In this document: piece after piece, positions 1-10,717 of the stretch
Numbering within the stretch: the first letter of the stretch is position 1
Layout: every line of letters starts with the position of its first letter
DNA from: Octopus sinensis
Lineage: Eukaryota
Reading direction: 5' to 3'
Length of the DNA stretch: 24,576 nt
NCBI RefSeq assembly: GCF_006345805.1
Contig: NW_021836368.1
Coordinates: 1-24,576 of the forward strand
The notes under the pieces: model-generated
What the model was told of the DNA's origin: nothing
The model's database searches: none
The model's input: the letters and a program-made list of their open reading frames with translations, nothing else
Made by a program: the position numbers and the translations under genes

Positions 1-162
1 CCGTTATGATGGTAGTGGTGGTGTGGGGTAGTGGTTCTAACCGTCGGTTGTGAAGATCTACGTGTGCGCAGAGCGTATGTGTGTGTGTGTTGTATGTGGG
101 TTGACATATGTGTGCAACATCTGTGTGATGGTGTGTGAGTGAGTGAACGCGTCAGTGTGTGT

Positions 163-185
163 GTATGTATGTATGTATGTATGCG

Positions 186-217
<32 letters not shown>

Positions 218-330
218 TGTATGTATGCGTATCTGTATGTATGTACGTATGTATGTATGTATGTATGTATGTATGCATGCATGTTGCATGTATGTATGTA
301 TGTATGTATGTATGTATGTATGTATGTATG
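163..330. repeat. (TATG)n tetranucleotide microsatellite
   Basis: Near-perfect TATG iterations; the source of the MYVC/HTYI ORFs. Confidence 0.95.
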
Positions 331-722
331 TGGTGTATATGTGTGTGTGTCTGTGTGTGCATTATAACACCGTCACAGTCTCTACAGTACATTACTAATC
401 CTATCAATAGACTAGAGGGGGTGTGGTAGAGCGACAGAAATTGTAGTGTGCCCACTAAAAATTCGACACCAGTAGCCATGTTGTCTCAGTTCTGGGTTCA
501 AATCCCATCGGAATCAACTCCTCCAAACTCCAATCTAAGTTTTAGAAAACAAACACCAGACATAAATTGGAGAAGCAATGCGTCTGTTAACCGTGACCTA
601 CAAATCTGTGACGAACAAACTGACCTTGTTTCAATTAGCTCCACCCGATTGAGTGAAATCCCATTACCCCCAGGATGACTTTCTTTTTCTTTTTCTTATG
701 GGTTTAATGAAAAAAGAACCAG

Positions 723-1140
723 AGGCGCAGGAGTGGCTGTGTGGTAAGTAGCTTGTTTACCAACCACATGGTTCCGGGTTCAGTTCCCACTGCGTGGCAT
801 CTTGGGCAAGTGTCTTCTGCTATAGTCCAGGGCCGACCAATGCCTTGTGAGTGAATTTGGTAGACGGTAACTGAAAGAAGCCTGTCGTATATATGTATAT
901 ATATATATATGTATTGTTGTGTATGTTTGTGTGTCTGGTTTGTCTCCTAGCATTGCTTGACAACGATGCTGGGTGTTTTTACGTCACCGTCACTTCGCGG
1001 TTCGGCAAAAAAGAGACCGATTAGAATAAGTACTGGGCTTACAAAAGAATAAGTCCCGGGGTCGAGTTTTGTTCGACTAAAGGCGGTGCTCCAGCATGGC
1101 CGCAGTCAGATGACTGAAACAAGTAAAAGAGTAAAAGAGA
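723..1140 (+). mobile_element. tRNA-derived SINE, family A, full-length copy A1
   Basis: Head GGCGCAGGAGTGGCTGTGTGG (A box) and GGTTCAGTTCCC (B box). Body TTGGGCAAGTGTCTTC...GAAAGAAGCCTGTCG, central (TA)/(TG) tract, 3' module ending GGCGGTGCTCCAGCATGGCCGCAGTC...AAGTAAAAGAG. Homologous to several other copies in the window. Confidence 0.9.
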
Positions 1141-1215
1141 GATAAGAGACTTAATCCGATAGGATCAGTCAAAACTCTTGAAAGACGGCGTCTGTCCTTT
1201 AGTTATGAATGCCTC

Positions 1216-1670
1216 CTCCGAGTGCAAGGAATATTGTTAGACGCTTGTGTTAGAACTGCGCTATGCAGCAGGGTAGTTAGACTTGAGAAAACTTGAAATA
1301 AATGAAGCAAACATACCTCCGTTGGGTGTGTATGTCAGTGTGCATGGACACCAGAGTACAAATGAAGTGAGAAAAACTACGTATAAGAGGACAAGGTGGA
1401 GTGTATATATTTCTTTACTACCCACAAGGAGCTAAACATAGAGGGGACAAACAAGGACAGACAAACGGATTAAGTCGATTACATCGACCCCAGTGCGTAA
1501 CTGGTACTTAATTTATCGACCCCGAAAGGATGAAAGGTAGAGTCGACCTCGGCGGAATTTGAACTCGGAACGTAACGGCAGACGAAATACGGCTACGCAT
1601 TTCGCCCGGCGTGCTAACGTTTCTGCCAGCTTGTGGAGTGTATAAGAGGGAAGGCTACATTGGTATGCCG
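1216..1670 (+). pseudogene. Decayed RTE-clade non-LTR retrotransposon RT C-terminal fragment, interrupted by SINE B1
   Basis: Manual translation across frameshifts: LRVQGILLDACVRTA..(H)GS(E)T(W)..KLEINEANILRWVC..VSVH..QSTNEVR.KLRIRG, resuming after the SINE as CGV..RRLHWY. This resembles the RTE ORF tail 'Y.ACVR..MLYGSETW...LE..EM.MLRW...RRL.W.GHV'. Confidence 0.7.
1408..1632 (-). mobile_element. tRNA-derived SINE, family B, copy B1 with 12-bp TSD
   Basis: Reverse complement of the B copies at 8796 and 13344; B box reads GAGTTCAAATTCC. Flanked by the direct repeat GTGGAGTGTATA at 1396-1407 and 1633-1644. Confidence 0.92.
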
Positions 1671-1749
1671 TTGGCGAAACAAGCAGAGGAAGTGTAGGGG
1701 TTAGAGTAACCTCTAGCCCTATCTTATCAAGAATTATCCAACCTCTCAA

Positions 1750-1955
1750 GTTTTAGTGCCATGAGAAAAAGCATCCAATACACTCAGTATACTCAGTAAA
1801 GTGGTTGGCATTAGGAAGGGCTTCCAACCAAGTCAAACGACACGTACAAGCGCTTGTTGTTTGGTAGCATTAAGCTCCCAAAGGCAGAGGATTTAGACGT
1901 TAATGATCGATGTAACCCATGCCAGATTAGAAAGCGGACGTAAAGAGGTGCTGAT
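1750..1955 (+). mobile_element. Degenerate retroposon fragment (family C)
   Basis: Contains AAAGTGGTTGGCATTAGGAAGGGC and AACCCATGCCAG..AAAGCGGACGTAA, motifs I recall from RTE-related SINEs. Single copy in the window, so not internally verifiable. Confidence 0.4.
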
Positions 1956-2069
1956 GACATATCTGTATGTATGCATGCCTGTCTGTCTGTTTGCCTGCTG
2001 TCACTCTCTCTGTATGTGTGTTTATGTACGTATGTGTGAGTATGTATGTGTTTGAGTGTATGCATCTGT

Positions 2070-2071
<2 letters not shown>

Positions 2072-2124
<53 letters not shown>
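2072..2124. repeat. (TA)n microsatellite
   Basis: Perfect TA run. Confidence 0.95.
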
Positions 2125-2125
<1 letters not shown>

Positions 2126-2188
2126 CTTCTTCATGCACAAATGTCAATTGCTAAAAAGAATTCGTGAGTAAAATCATGTAGCAACACC

Positions 2189-2255
2189 AAATGGCGGTGC
2201 CCCAGCATGGCCACAGTTTGTGAGCTGAAACTAGATGAAATGAAATGAAATGAAT
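2189..2255 (+). mobile_element. Isolated SINE 3' tail with (TGAAA)n end
   Basis: GGCGGTGCCCCAGCATGGCCACAG matches the family A tail, followed by GAGCTGAAACTAGATGAAATGAAATGAAATG. Confidence 0.65.
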
Positions 2256-2329
2256 ATATATATATATATTATACACACGCACACACACACAGACATATAT
2301 AAGTACGTATATATTAGTGTTAGAATGAG

Positions 2330-2346
2330 CATGTATGTAAGTATGC

Positions 2347-2379
<33 letters not shown>

Positions 2380-2560
2380 TGTATGTATGTATGTATGTAT
2401 GTATGTATGTATATATGTATGTATGTATGTATGTATATATGTATGTATGTATATATGTATGTATGTATATATGTAAGTATGCATATATGAATATGTGAAT
2501 TATGTATGTATATATGTATGTATGTATGTATTTATGTATGTATGTATGTATATGTGTGTA
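2330..2560. repeat. (TATG)n/(TA)n compound microsatellite
   Basis: Direct reading. Confidence 0.9.
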
Positions 2561-3211
2561 TATATGTATGTGTGTGTGTACGTACGTACGTACGTGTGCA
2601 TGTATCTATGCGCGAATGTATTGATGCAGCCTGCATGCATGTGCTAGCGTGAGCATGCGTATCTATACACACTTATCTCTGTATAGGTGGCAGCACCAGA
2701 ACAACTCTAGGACTAGATGCTAAATGTTGAGCTTGCATTCTCCTTCCTCAAATCCCTCTTTCGATAAATGAATAAATGAAATATATAAATAAAAATTAAA
2801 AAAATTAAAAAGTAAAAAAACAAACAAAAAAACCAAAAACCAAAAACCGAACTGGCTGCCAACGTTGCCTGTCGATCTCTCCCCCAATTAAGGTATATTC
2901 ATCAGAAGCTGGTCTTCTTTTCACAAAACTATTTCGGTGTACTACTAAATTGTTCCCCAGTAAAAATGTGTCCTGGCCTCCAGCTAAATGTTGTCATCGT
3001 TACTAGAAATAAACCAATACGGATCATTAACGAAACATATTCTATAGAAAACAGTAACTCTCTCTCGCTTTTTCCTTCTTCCTTCTTCTTCTCTCTCCCC
3101 ATTTCTCATTTCCCCGCCCTCTCTATATATCATGTGTGTATGTGTGTGTGTGTGTAAGTGTTTATGTGTATGTCTGTATATATGTGTGTGTGTATGTGTG
3201 TGTTGGTGTAA

Positions 3212-3597
3212 CTTTTATCTTTTATCCTTAACTTGTTTCAGTCATTAGACAGTGGCCATGCTGGGGCACCGTTTTGGAGAATTTTCTAGTCGAATGAATC
3301 GATTACAGGACTTTTTTTTACAGCTTGGTACTTATTCTATCGACTCTTTTGCCGAACCGCTAAGTTACGGTGAGGCAAACACACCGACACCGGTTGTCAA
3401 GCACAGACACAAAGAGATACACACACACAGATGCACACACGGGCTTCCTTCAGTTTCCGTACAAAATTACAAGGCTTTGGTCGGCCTGAGGATATTGTAG
3501 AGGACACTTCATCTTGATGCCATGTAGTAGGACTGAACCCGGAACCATGTGGTTGGGAAGCAAGCTTTATACCATACCACACAGTCACGTCTGCATC
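3212..3597 (-). mobile_element. SINE family A, diverged copy A2
   Basis: Reverse complement of both A modules (CTTGTTTCAGTCATT...GCCATGCTGGGGCACC; GACTGAACCCGGAACCATGTGGTTGG). Confidence 0.85.
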
Positions 3598-3611
3598 CAT
3601 TATATGTGTGT

Positions 3612-3647
<36 letters not shown>

Positions 3648-3659
3648 TTGTATGCATGT

Positions 3660-4140
3660 ATCCTGCTTTTTTGCTTTTGTCATATTAATCATTCTTATGA
3701 CCTATTCTTTCCATTCTTTTATTCTTGCGATTTGCTTATTCTTGCATTCTTTTATTCTCCTAATGCAATTCTTTATTCTTTGTTCCTTTATTCGGTTTTT
3801 TTCTCTCTCTATTATTCCTTTTCACCCTTCATTTGTGCCACTTAACAGTATTCTTCCTCCCACCCCACCCCACCTCTGAAACCTCGTTTATTCATTCATT
3901 CATTCACCTATCAATTCCCTCCCCCCCTCCCCATCGCCACCAAATTCTTCAATCACGTCTTTCCTTCCCTTGTGTCATTCCTCCATTCTACCATCCACCA
4001 TTTGTTAAATTAATTCTCTCACCCCTCCATCATCCACCCACCCACCCACCCCCATTCTTTTTTTCTGTTTCCTTTCTATTCCTTGCACCTCCAGCTCCAC
4101 CTTGCCGTGCCCCTCCCCCTCCCCTCTACGCCGGCTTCAC
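3660..4140. repeat. Pyrimidine-rich (CT/CCA) low-complexity tract
   Basis: Strong C/T strand bias with degenerate TTC, CATT and CCAC motifs. Confidence 0.75.
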
Positions 4141-4449
4141 ATTTGCTTACTGACAGCAACAATAGATTGGTTGCCAGACTGGAAGATTTGGAACGGGAAC
4201 TAAAATAGCTTCAGTCGTGGAGACGGAGAAACGGAGAGCACACGCACGCGCGCGCACACACACAGCCGTATCCACTGACATACATGCGTACTCTTACTTA
4301 CATAATATATATATATATATATATTATATACATACATGCATACATACATATATACATACATAAATCCATACCTACATGCGTACACATGCACACATGTTCA
4401 CTAAAACACACTCTCACATGCATACATGCATGAAGACACGCTGATCTCT

Positions 4450-4601
4450 ATATAAAGGTATGCATATATATATACATACATACATACTACTACATAACAT
4501 ACATACATATATATATATATTATATATATAGATATATACATATATATATATACATTCTATATATTATAAATATATATATATATTATATATAATATATATA
4601 T

Positions 4602-4634
<33 letters not shown>

Positions 4635-4703
4635 TATATTTATAATGCTATATATATATAGTATGTATATAAATATATTATATATATATATAAATATACA
4701 TAA

Positions 4704-4758
<55 letters not shown>

Positions 4759-5202
4759 TATTATATATATAATATTATATATATATATACTAAAAGAAGC
4801 CCGTCGTATATATATATAATATACGACGGGCTTCTTTCAGTTTCCGCCTACCAAATCCACTGTCAAGGCTTTGGTCGGCCCGAGGCTACAGTAGAAGACA
4901 CTTGCCCAAGGTGCCACGCATTGGGACTGAATCCGAACCTGTGTGGTTGAGAAGCAAGCTTCTTACCACACAGCCACTCCTGCAGCTACGTATAAAAGTA
5001 TATACATTATATACTATACCATATCTATATATATATATATATTATATATATATATATATATTATATATTATATATAATATTATATATAGATATATATATA
5101 TAAGATATATATATATATATTATTATGTATATTATATATCTATATATATCTATATATATATATATTATATATATATGTGATATATATATATATATATAAT
5201 AT

Positions 5203-5233
<31 letters not shown>

Positions 5234-5255
5234 AGTTATATATATATATATATAT

Positions 5256-5347
<92 letters not shown>

Positions 5348-5360
5348 TAATATATTGGGA
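4450..5360. repeat. Long imperfect (TA)n tract containing a SINE half
   Basis: Almost exclusively A/T alternation apart from 4790-4990. Confidence 0.9.
4821..4984 (-). mobile_element. SINE family A, 5' module only
   Basis: ATACGACGGGCTTCTTTCAGTTTCC...CTTACCACACAGCCACTCCTGC is the reverse complement of the A head and body; no 3' module follows the TA tract. Confidence 0.88.
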
Positions 5361-5447
5361 GATATGTATGCTTATACACACACACACACATTATATATGT
5401 ATACACACATTTTTATGTGTCTACATATGTGTGTGTATGTGTGCATA

Positions 5448-5499
<52 letters not shown>

Positions 5500-5658
5500 A
5501 TAAAGCAGGTAGAATGAGTGTTCTAAAGAATCGGTTGAGTCAAGTAATTCATAAGTCATAAAATAGAAATGTTTCTTTCGCAAAGTAATCAGATGATTCG
5601 TTTAAAATAGATAAAGTTATCGGCAAACGTTGTATCGGTTTGGTATTTGTGTGAGTAC

Positions 5659-5709
<51 letters not shown>

Positions 5710-5716
<7 letters not shown>

Positions 5717-6530
5717 TACATAGGTTTGTATATGTGTGAGTGGGTATATTTTTAAATGTGTATGTGTGATAGTGTGTGTGTACATAGGTTTGTATATGTG
5801 TGAGTGGGCATATGTGTATATGTGTATATGTGTATGTGTGTGTGTACATAGGTTTGTATATGTGTGAGTGGGCATATGTGTTATGTGTATATGTGTATGT
5901 GTGGGTGTACACGGTTTGTATATGTGTGAGTGGCCATGTGGATATGTGTATATGTGTATGTGTGTGGGATACATAGGTTTGTATATGTGTGAGTGGGCAT
6001 ATGTGTATATGTGTATATGTGTATGTGTGTGTGTACATAGGTTTGTATATGTGTGAGTGGGCATATGTGTATATGTGTATATGTGTATGTGTGTGTGTAC
6101 ATAGGTTTGTATATGTGTGAGTGGGCATATGTGTATATGTGTATATGTGTATGTGTGTGTGTACATAGGTTTGTATATGTGTGAGTGGGCATATGTGTAT
6201 ATGTGTATGTGTGATAGTGTGTGTGTGTACATAGGTTTGTATATGTGTGAGTGGGCATATGTGTATATGTGTATGTGTGATAGTGTGTGTGTGTACACAG
6301 GTTTGTATATGTGTGAGTGGGCATATGTGTATATGTGTATGCTTGTGTGATAGTGTGTGTGTACATAGGTTTGTATATTCGTGAGTGGGCGTATGTGTAT
6401 ATGCGTGTGTGATAGTGTGTGTGTGTACATAGGTTTGTATATGTGTGAGTGGGCATATGTGTATATGTGTATGTGTGTGTGTACATAGGTTTGTATATGT
6501 GTGAATGGACATAATTGTATATGTGTATGT
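5710..6530. repeat. Minisatellite, 13 units of ~56-68 bp (mostly 64 bp)
   Basis: Anchor GTACATAGGTTTGTATATGTGTGAGTGGGCATATG recurs at about 5716, 5780, 5844, 5907, 5969, 6033, 6097, 6161, 6227, 6293, 6361, 6425 and 6481. Confidence 0.92.
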
Positions 6531-6779
6531 GTGTGTGTGTGTATGTGTGTATGTGTGTATGTGTGTATGTGTGTATGCGTGGTGGTGTGAAAGAATGAGA
6601 AAGCGTATATATTTGTATGTGTGTTTGTGGCTGTTCAGAAGGAATGTATTTGTGCGTGTGTATACGCATATGAATAGCTACAGAACGTAGGTGACAATGA
6701 GGAAAATAAATACGAGAAAATAAAATATACATATACAAAAAAAAAAAAAATGCCGTGCGGCTGCAAGACAGACGGGTAA

Positions 6780-7075
6780 TGTGTGTATGTATGCATGTAT
6801 GTATGTATGTATGTATGTATGTATGTATGTATGTATGTATGTACGTATGTACGTATGTATGTACGTATGTATGTATGTACGTATGTATGTATGTATGTAT
6901 GTATGTATGTGTGCGTGTGTGTGTGTGCGTATGCATGTATGTATGCATGTATGTATGTATGTATGTATGTATGTATGTATGTATGTATGCATGTATGTAT
7001 GTATGTATGTATGTATGTATGTTGTATGTATGTATGTATGTATGTACGTACGTATGTATGTATGTGTGTGTGTAT
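6780..7075. repeat. (TATG)n microsatellite with TACG/TGCA interruptions
   Basis: Direct reading. Confidence 0.92.
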
Positions 7076-7129
7076 GTATGTAAGTATGAATGTATGTGTG
7101 TATGTATGCATGTGTGTGTGTGTACGTGT

Positions 7130-7298
7130 ATGCCTGTGCTTGTCCTGTGCTTGTCCACCACCGCTATTGGTGTGTTTACGTCCCTGTAACTTAGCGATTC
7201 GGCAAAAGAAACCGAAAGAATAAGTGCCAGGCTTAGAAAAAATAAGTACTTAAAATACTTGAAGCCGGTGGCCCAACATGGTCGCAATCTAATGACTA
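7130..7298 (+). mobile_element. SINE family A, degenerate 3' module
   Basis: TGGTGTGTTTACGTCCCTGTAACTTAGCGATTCGGCAAAAG...CAACATGGTCGCAATCTAATGACT aligns to the A 3' module. Confidence 0.75.
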
Positions 7299-7382
7299 GG
7301 ATGTTTCCCCAAAATGTAGACAGGCTTTAACTGCTGAAATACGTTTTCATTTCCTCTTAGTTTTAACCAGTTGAAAAAGAAA

Positions 7383-8090
7383 ATGAAAGGAACCAGACTA
7401 AGCTTGGAACAAATGGAAATTTGTCCTTTAGTGCTACTGAAAGTTTGAAAATGCAGTCGAAACGCAAAGACAATTTAGGAGGGAGTTTGAAACAGATCCG
7501 CCTATGCGACTTATCACCCCTTGAATTAAAGAAATTCTATACGGCAAGGCAGTTGTGAGATAGAAATATCAAAATCTAGTATTCATTGCCTTTTGAAGCG
7601 CTGTCATCGGAAAAAGTCATATCCTAAGAGTAGACCATACTCTCAATGTAGATGATATGCACCGAAGAATAGAGTTTTGCAAGTGTTACGAGGTAAGATG
7701 TGTAGAAGATGCACACTTTCCAATAAAGATTGTTTGGTGTGCATGTGGTTATATTCAAATAAAATGGCTTGATTAACCGCCACAATTGCACCTACTGGGA
7801 CCTGAAAATTTGTATATTATGGTGGAACATGATGTTAATTTACCAGGAGATGCAGTATGGTGCAGCTTATCATTAAAAGTTTTTTTATGGGAGCATTTAT
7901 TTTGACAGTGCTATGATCTGTCCCTTTTATACTTGAATTTGCTCCGGCAATCTGTCACACTAAGCATTCGGAAGGACTTTTAAGATGTGAAGTTTTATTT
8001 TTCAGTAAGCTGGAGCACTCCCCACACTACCATAATGACGGAAATAGCCTACTTTGATGAGATTCTGCCACACATGGATTGGACGAAGAG
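7383..8090 (+). pseudogene. Decayed Tc1/mariner-superfamily transposase (DUF4817-type HTH plus partial DDE domain)
   Basis: Across stops and frameshifts: MKGTRLSLEQ.KFVL*CY*KFENAVETQRQFRREFETDPP (HTH), KIVW..., NGLINRHNCTYW..EN, EHDVNLPG..VWCSLS, YLNLLRQSV, FYFQ*AGALPHYHND (the QQDGAPPH motif) and AYFDEILP.TWIGRR. The final WP..SPDL motif is missing. Confidence 0.85.
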
Positions 8091-8192
8091 AATATCTTCT
8101 GTGTTCACAGGAGAATGTAGCCCTTGATACAGTGAACAAATAAATGAATGAATGAATGAATGAATGAATGAATGAATAACATGAGGAGGGAT

Positions 8193-8560
8193 ATGGTTCC
8201 GGGTTCAGTCCCACTGCGTGGCATCTTGGACAAGTGTCTTCTGCTATAGCCCCGAGCCGACCAATGCCTTGTGAGTGGATTTGGTAGACGGAAACTAAAA
8301 GAAGCCTGTCGTATGTATGTATATATATATATATGTATGTGTGTGTGTTTGTGTGTCTGTGTTTGTCCCCCTAGCATTGCTTGACAACCGATACTGGTGT
8401 GTTTACGTCCCCGTCACTTAGCGGTTCGGCAAAAAGAGACCGATAGAATGCGTACTGGGCTTACAAAGAATAAGTCCCGGGGTCGATTTGGTCGACTAAA
8501 GGCGGTGCTCCAGCATGGCCACAGTCAAATGACTGAAACAAGTAAAATAAAAAAAAATAA
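8193..8560 (+). mobile_element. SINE family A, 5'-truncated copy A3
   Basis: Starts at ATGGTTCCGGGTTCAGTCCC (lacks the A box); complete 3' module; preceded by (GAAT)n at 8145-8176. Confidence 0.9.
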
Positions 8561-8795
8561 AAGAAATAGTGAAGATTGTAAGGTTCTCGATCAGGATTGG
8601 TTATGGGAGTTTAAATACCGCCGACTGAGCACGAGACTAGTTTCGTATAAAACTAACCCCTTGAATACATAATGGTAGAACTTATTGTACGGACCGAAGG
8701 GGAAGAACTGACAAAGAGTCGGTCGACTATGGTTGTGTGTGCGCGTGTGTGAGTGCATGTGTATGTGTGTGTGTATGTGTGTGGGTGGTATATGT

Positions 8796-9005
8796 GTTAG
8801 CGCGCCGGCCGAAATGCGTAGCCGTATTTCGTCTGCCGTTACGTTCTGAGTTCAAATTCCGCCGAGGTCGACTTTGCCTTTCATCCTTTCGGGGTCGATC
8901 AAATAAGTACCAGTTACGCACTGGGGTCGATATAATCGACTTATTCCGTTTGTCTGTCCTTGTTCGTCCCCTCTGTGTTTAGCCCCTTGTGGGCAGTAAA
9001 GAAAT
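8796..9005 (+). mobile_element. SINE family B, copy B2
   Basis: CTGAGTTCAAATTCCGCCGAGGTCGACTTTGCCTTTCATCCTTTCGGGGTCGA core; close match to B1 and B3. Confidence 0.92.
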
Positions 9006-9393
9006 GGAAGCACTCCGTCGGTTACGACGATGAGGGTTCCGGTTGATCCGAATCAACGGAACAGCCTGCTCGTGAAATTAACGTGTAAGTGGCTGAGCAC
9101 TCCACAGACACGTGTACCCTTAACGTAGTTCTCGGGGAGATTCAGCGTGACACAGAGAGTGACAAGGCCGGCCCCTTGAAATACAGGTACAACAGAAACA
9201 GGAAGTAAGAGTGAGAGAAAGTTGTGGTGAAAGAGTACAACAGGGATCACCACCACCCCCTGCCGGAGCCTCGTGGAGCTTTTAGGTGTTTTCGCTCAAT
9301 AAACACTCACAACGCCCCCGGTCTGGGAATCGAAACCGCGATCCTACGACCGCGAGTCCGCTGCCCTAACCACTGGGCCATTGTGCCTCCGCG
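9006..9393 (-). mobile_element. tRNA-derived SINE, family D, with 10-bp TSD, nested in the tail of B2
   Basis: Minus-strand head GGAGGCACAATGGCCCAGTGGTTAGGGCAGCGG...GGTTTCGATTCCC (A and B boxes). GTAAAGAAAT occurs at 8996-9005 and 9394-9403. Confidence 0.88.
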
Positions 9394-10683
9394 GTAAAGA
9401 AATAGGTATGTGTGAGTATGCTTGTGCGTGTGTATGTGTGCCTCACCGCTCTCTCAATACTCGCCCCATCGTCTCCACTCACATTCAAACTCTCTCAAAG
9501 CTATATTAAACAATTCCACACGGGATGTGCTTTCCTAGAAACTATGACATTCTGTAAGTTTGTTTCCTTTTTGCTTTTTGTAACTTTTAATGTAGAAAAT
9601 ACACAGAAAACAAAGGAACCGTAACTTACAACATCTCTTAAGCCTACAAACGTCGACTCTCTTTCAAGTGAAACCGTAATAACTCAAAAATGTCTCCTTA
9701 AAATCAGAAGTTATCGAAATATAAAACAGGAAAAATATTCAAAGGGAGAAAAAGTTTATAAAATTTGAAAAAAATAAGAATAAATGAATAAATAAATTTC
9801 ACGTTGAAATCGCAAAATTCTCGTAAAACATCTTCAAATATTGCCATAAAATCGATATTTTATGAAAAAACCCCCATTAAAAATAAAGTAAAAGAAGCTC
9901 ATAAAAGGTCATCTGTGTCGTTAAAACTAACAGATGCTCGTAAAAAGGTAGAAAATATTTAATATTTTAGTTAATATAGGAACATTAGAAAATGCGTGTC
10001 AAACAAAATTATATAATTAATTTTAAATTTACAAAATAACTTGTTCTAATATTCCCAGTGGCAAAAAAAAAAATGAATAAATAAAATAAAATAAACTTCA
10101 ATACAAAAAAAAAGAAAAAAAAACAGAACTCGGAAAACACTGAAAAAATACAAAATAAAACAAGAAACAACGAAGTGAAGCATTTCGCATAATGCTTTTA
10201 AAAAAATTTCTAACAACACATCGCTTTATTCCCACCGTAGTGAAGCATAATAGATGAGGTTTGGTTGTTAGACTCCTATCTAAGCTTCCTTCTATTTTGG
10301 GGGTACGAAAGGCGGAGTGTGAAGTCCCGCGAGACCACTCACAAAGCAATCGGGGTCGATTTTTAAAGTGAATATATCAACTTCTAAATTTGTTTTGAAT
10401 TTAAAACTGTTGAGGGCAATACACTCTGTACAGCATCTGACCGACGTTCTAACGACTCATCCACCCGACCAACTAAAGAGGAAGTAGCTCCAAACAACAT
10501 TATTCCCTCACCGTCTATCTTGGTACCCCACCTGCTACATACCATGCAATGTAGGTACCATGCTATCAAGGTATCGTATGTAACACTACGAAACGAACTG
10601 AAGACATAACGTACTATTCATAAGATTTGATAAATACTTTTAATTAGACACAGACAGACACACGCACACACACACACACACAC

Positions 10684-10717
<34 letters not shown>

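Noticed and set aside
448-678. 76-aa plus-strand ORF
   Set aside because: It overlaps a decayed SINE-like B box (GGGTTCAAATCCC), has a GTG start and no splice or domain support.
2930-3056. Possible downstream exon of the putative minus-strand gene (acceptor-like TTTTCTATAG or TTTATTTCTAG, frame EYVSLMIRIGLFLVTMTTFSWRPGH...*)
   Set aside because: No recognisable protein similarity, no CX9C continuation, and several equally plausible AG sites; unsupported without RNA data.
5710-6530. Regularly spaced conserved ~30-bp block, superficially like a CRISPR array
   Set aside because: The intervening segments are themselves near-identical simple repeats, not unique spacers; the context is eukaryotic and there are no cas genes.
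9320-9390. tRNA-like sequence on the minus strand (and similar heads at 723, 11529 and 13344)
   Set aside because: A and B boxes are present but I could not fold a complete cloverleaf, and each head continues into a SINE body, so these are SINE heads rather than tRNA genes.
9560-10250. AT-rich stretch that might be a non-autonomous DNA transposon
   Set aside because: No terminal inverted repeats, TSD or coding remnant could be identified by eye.
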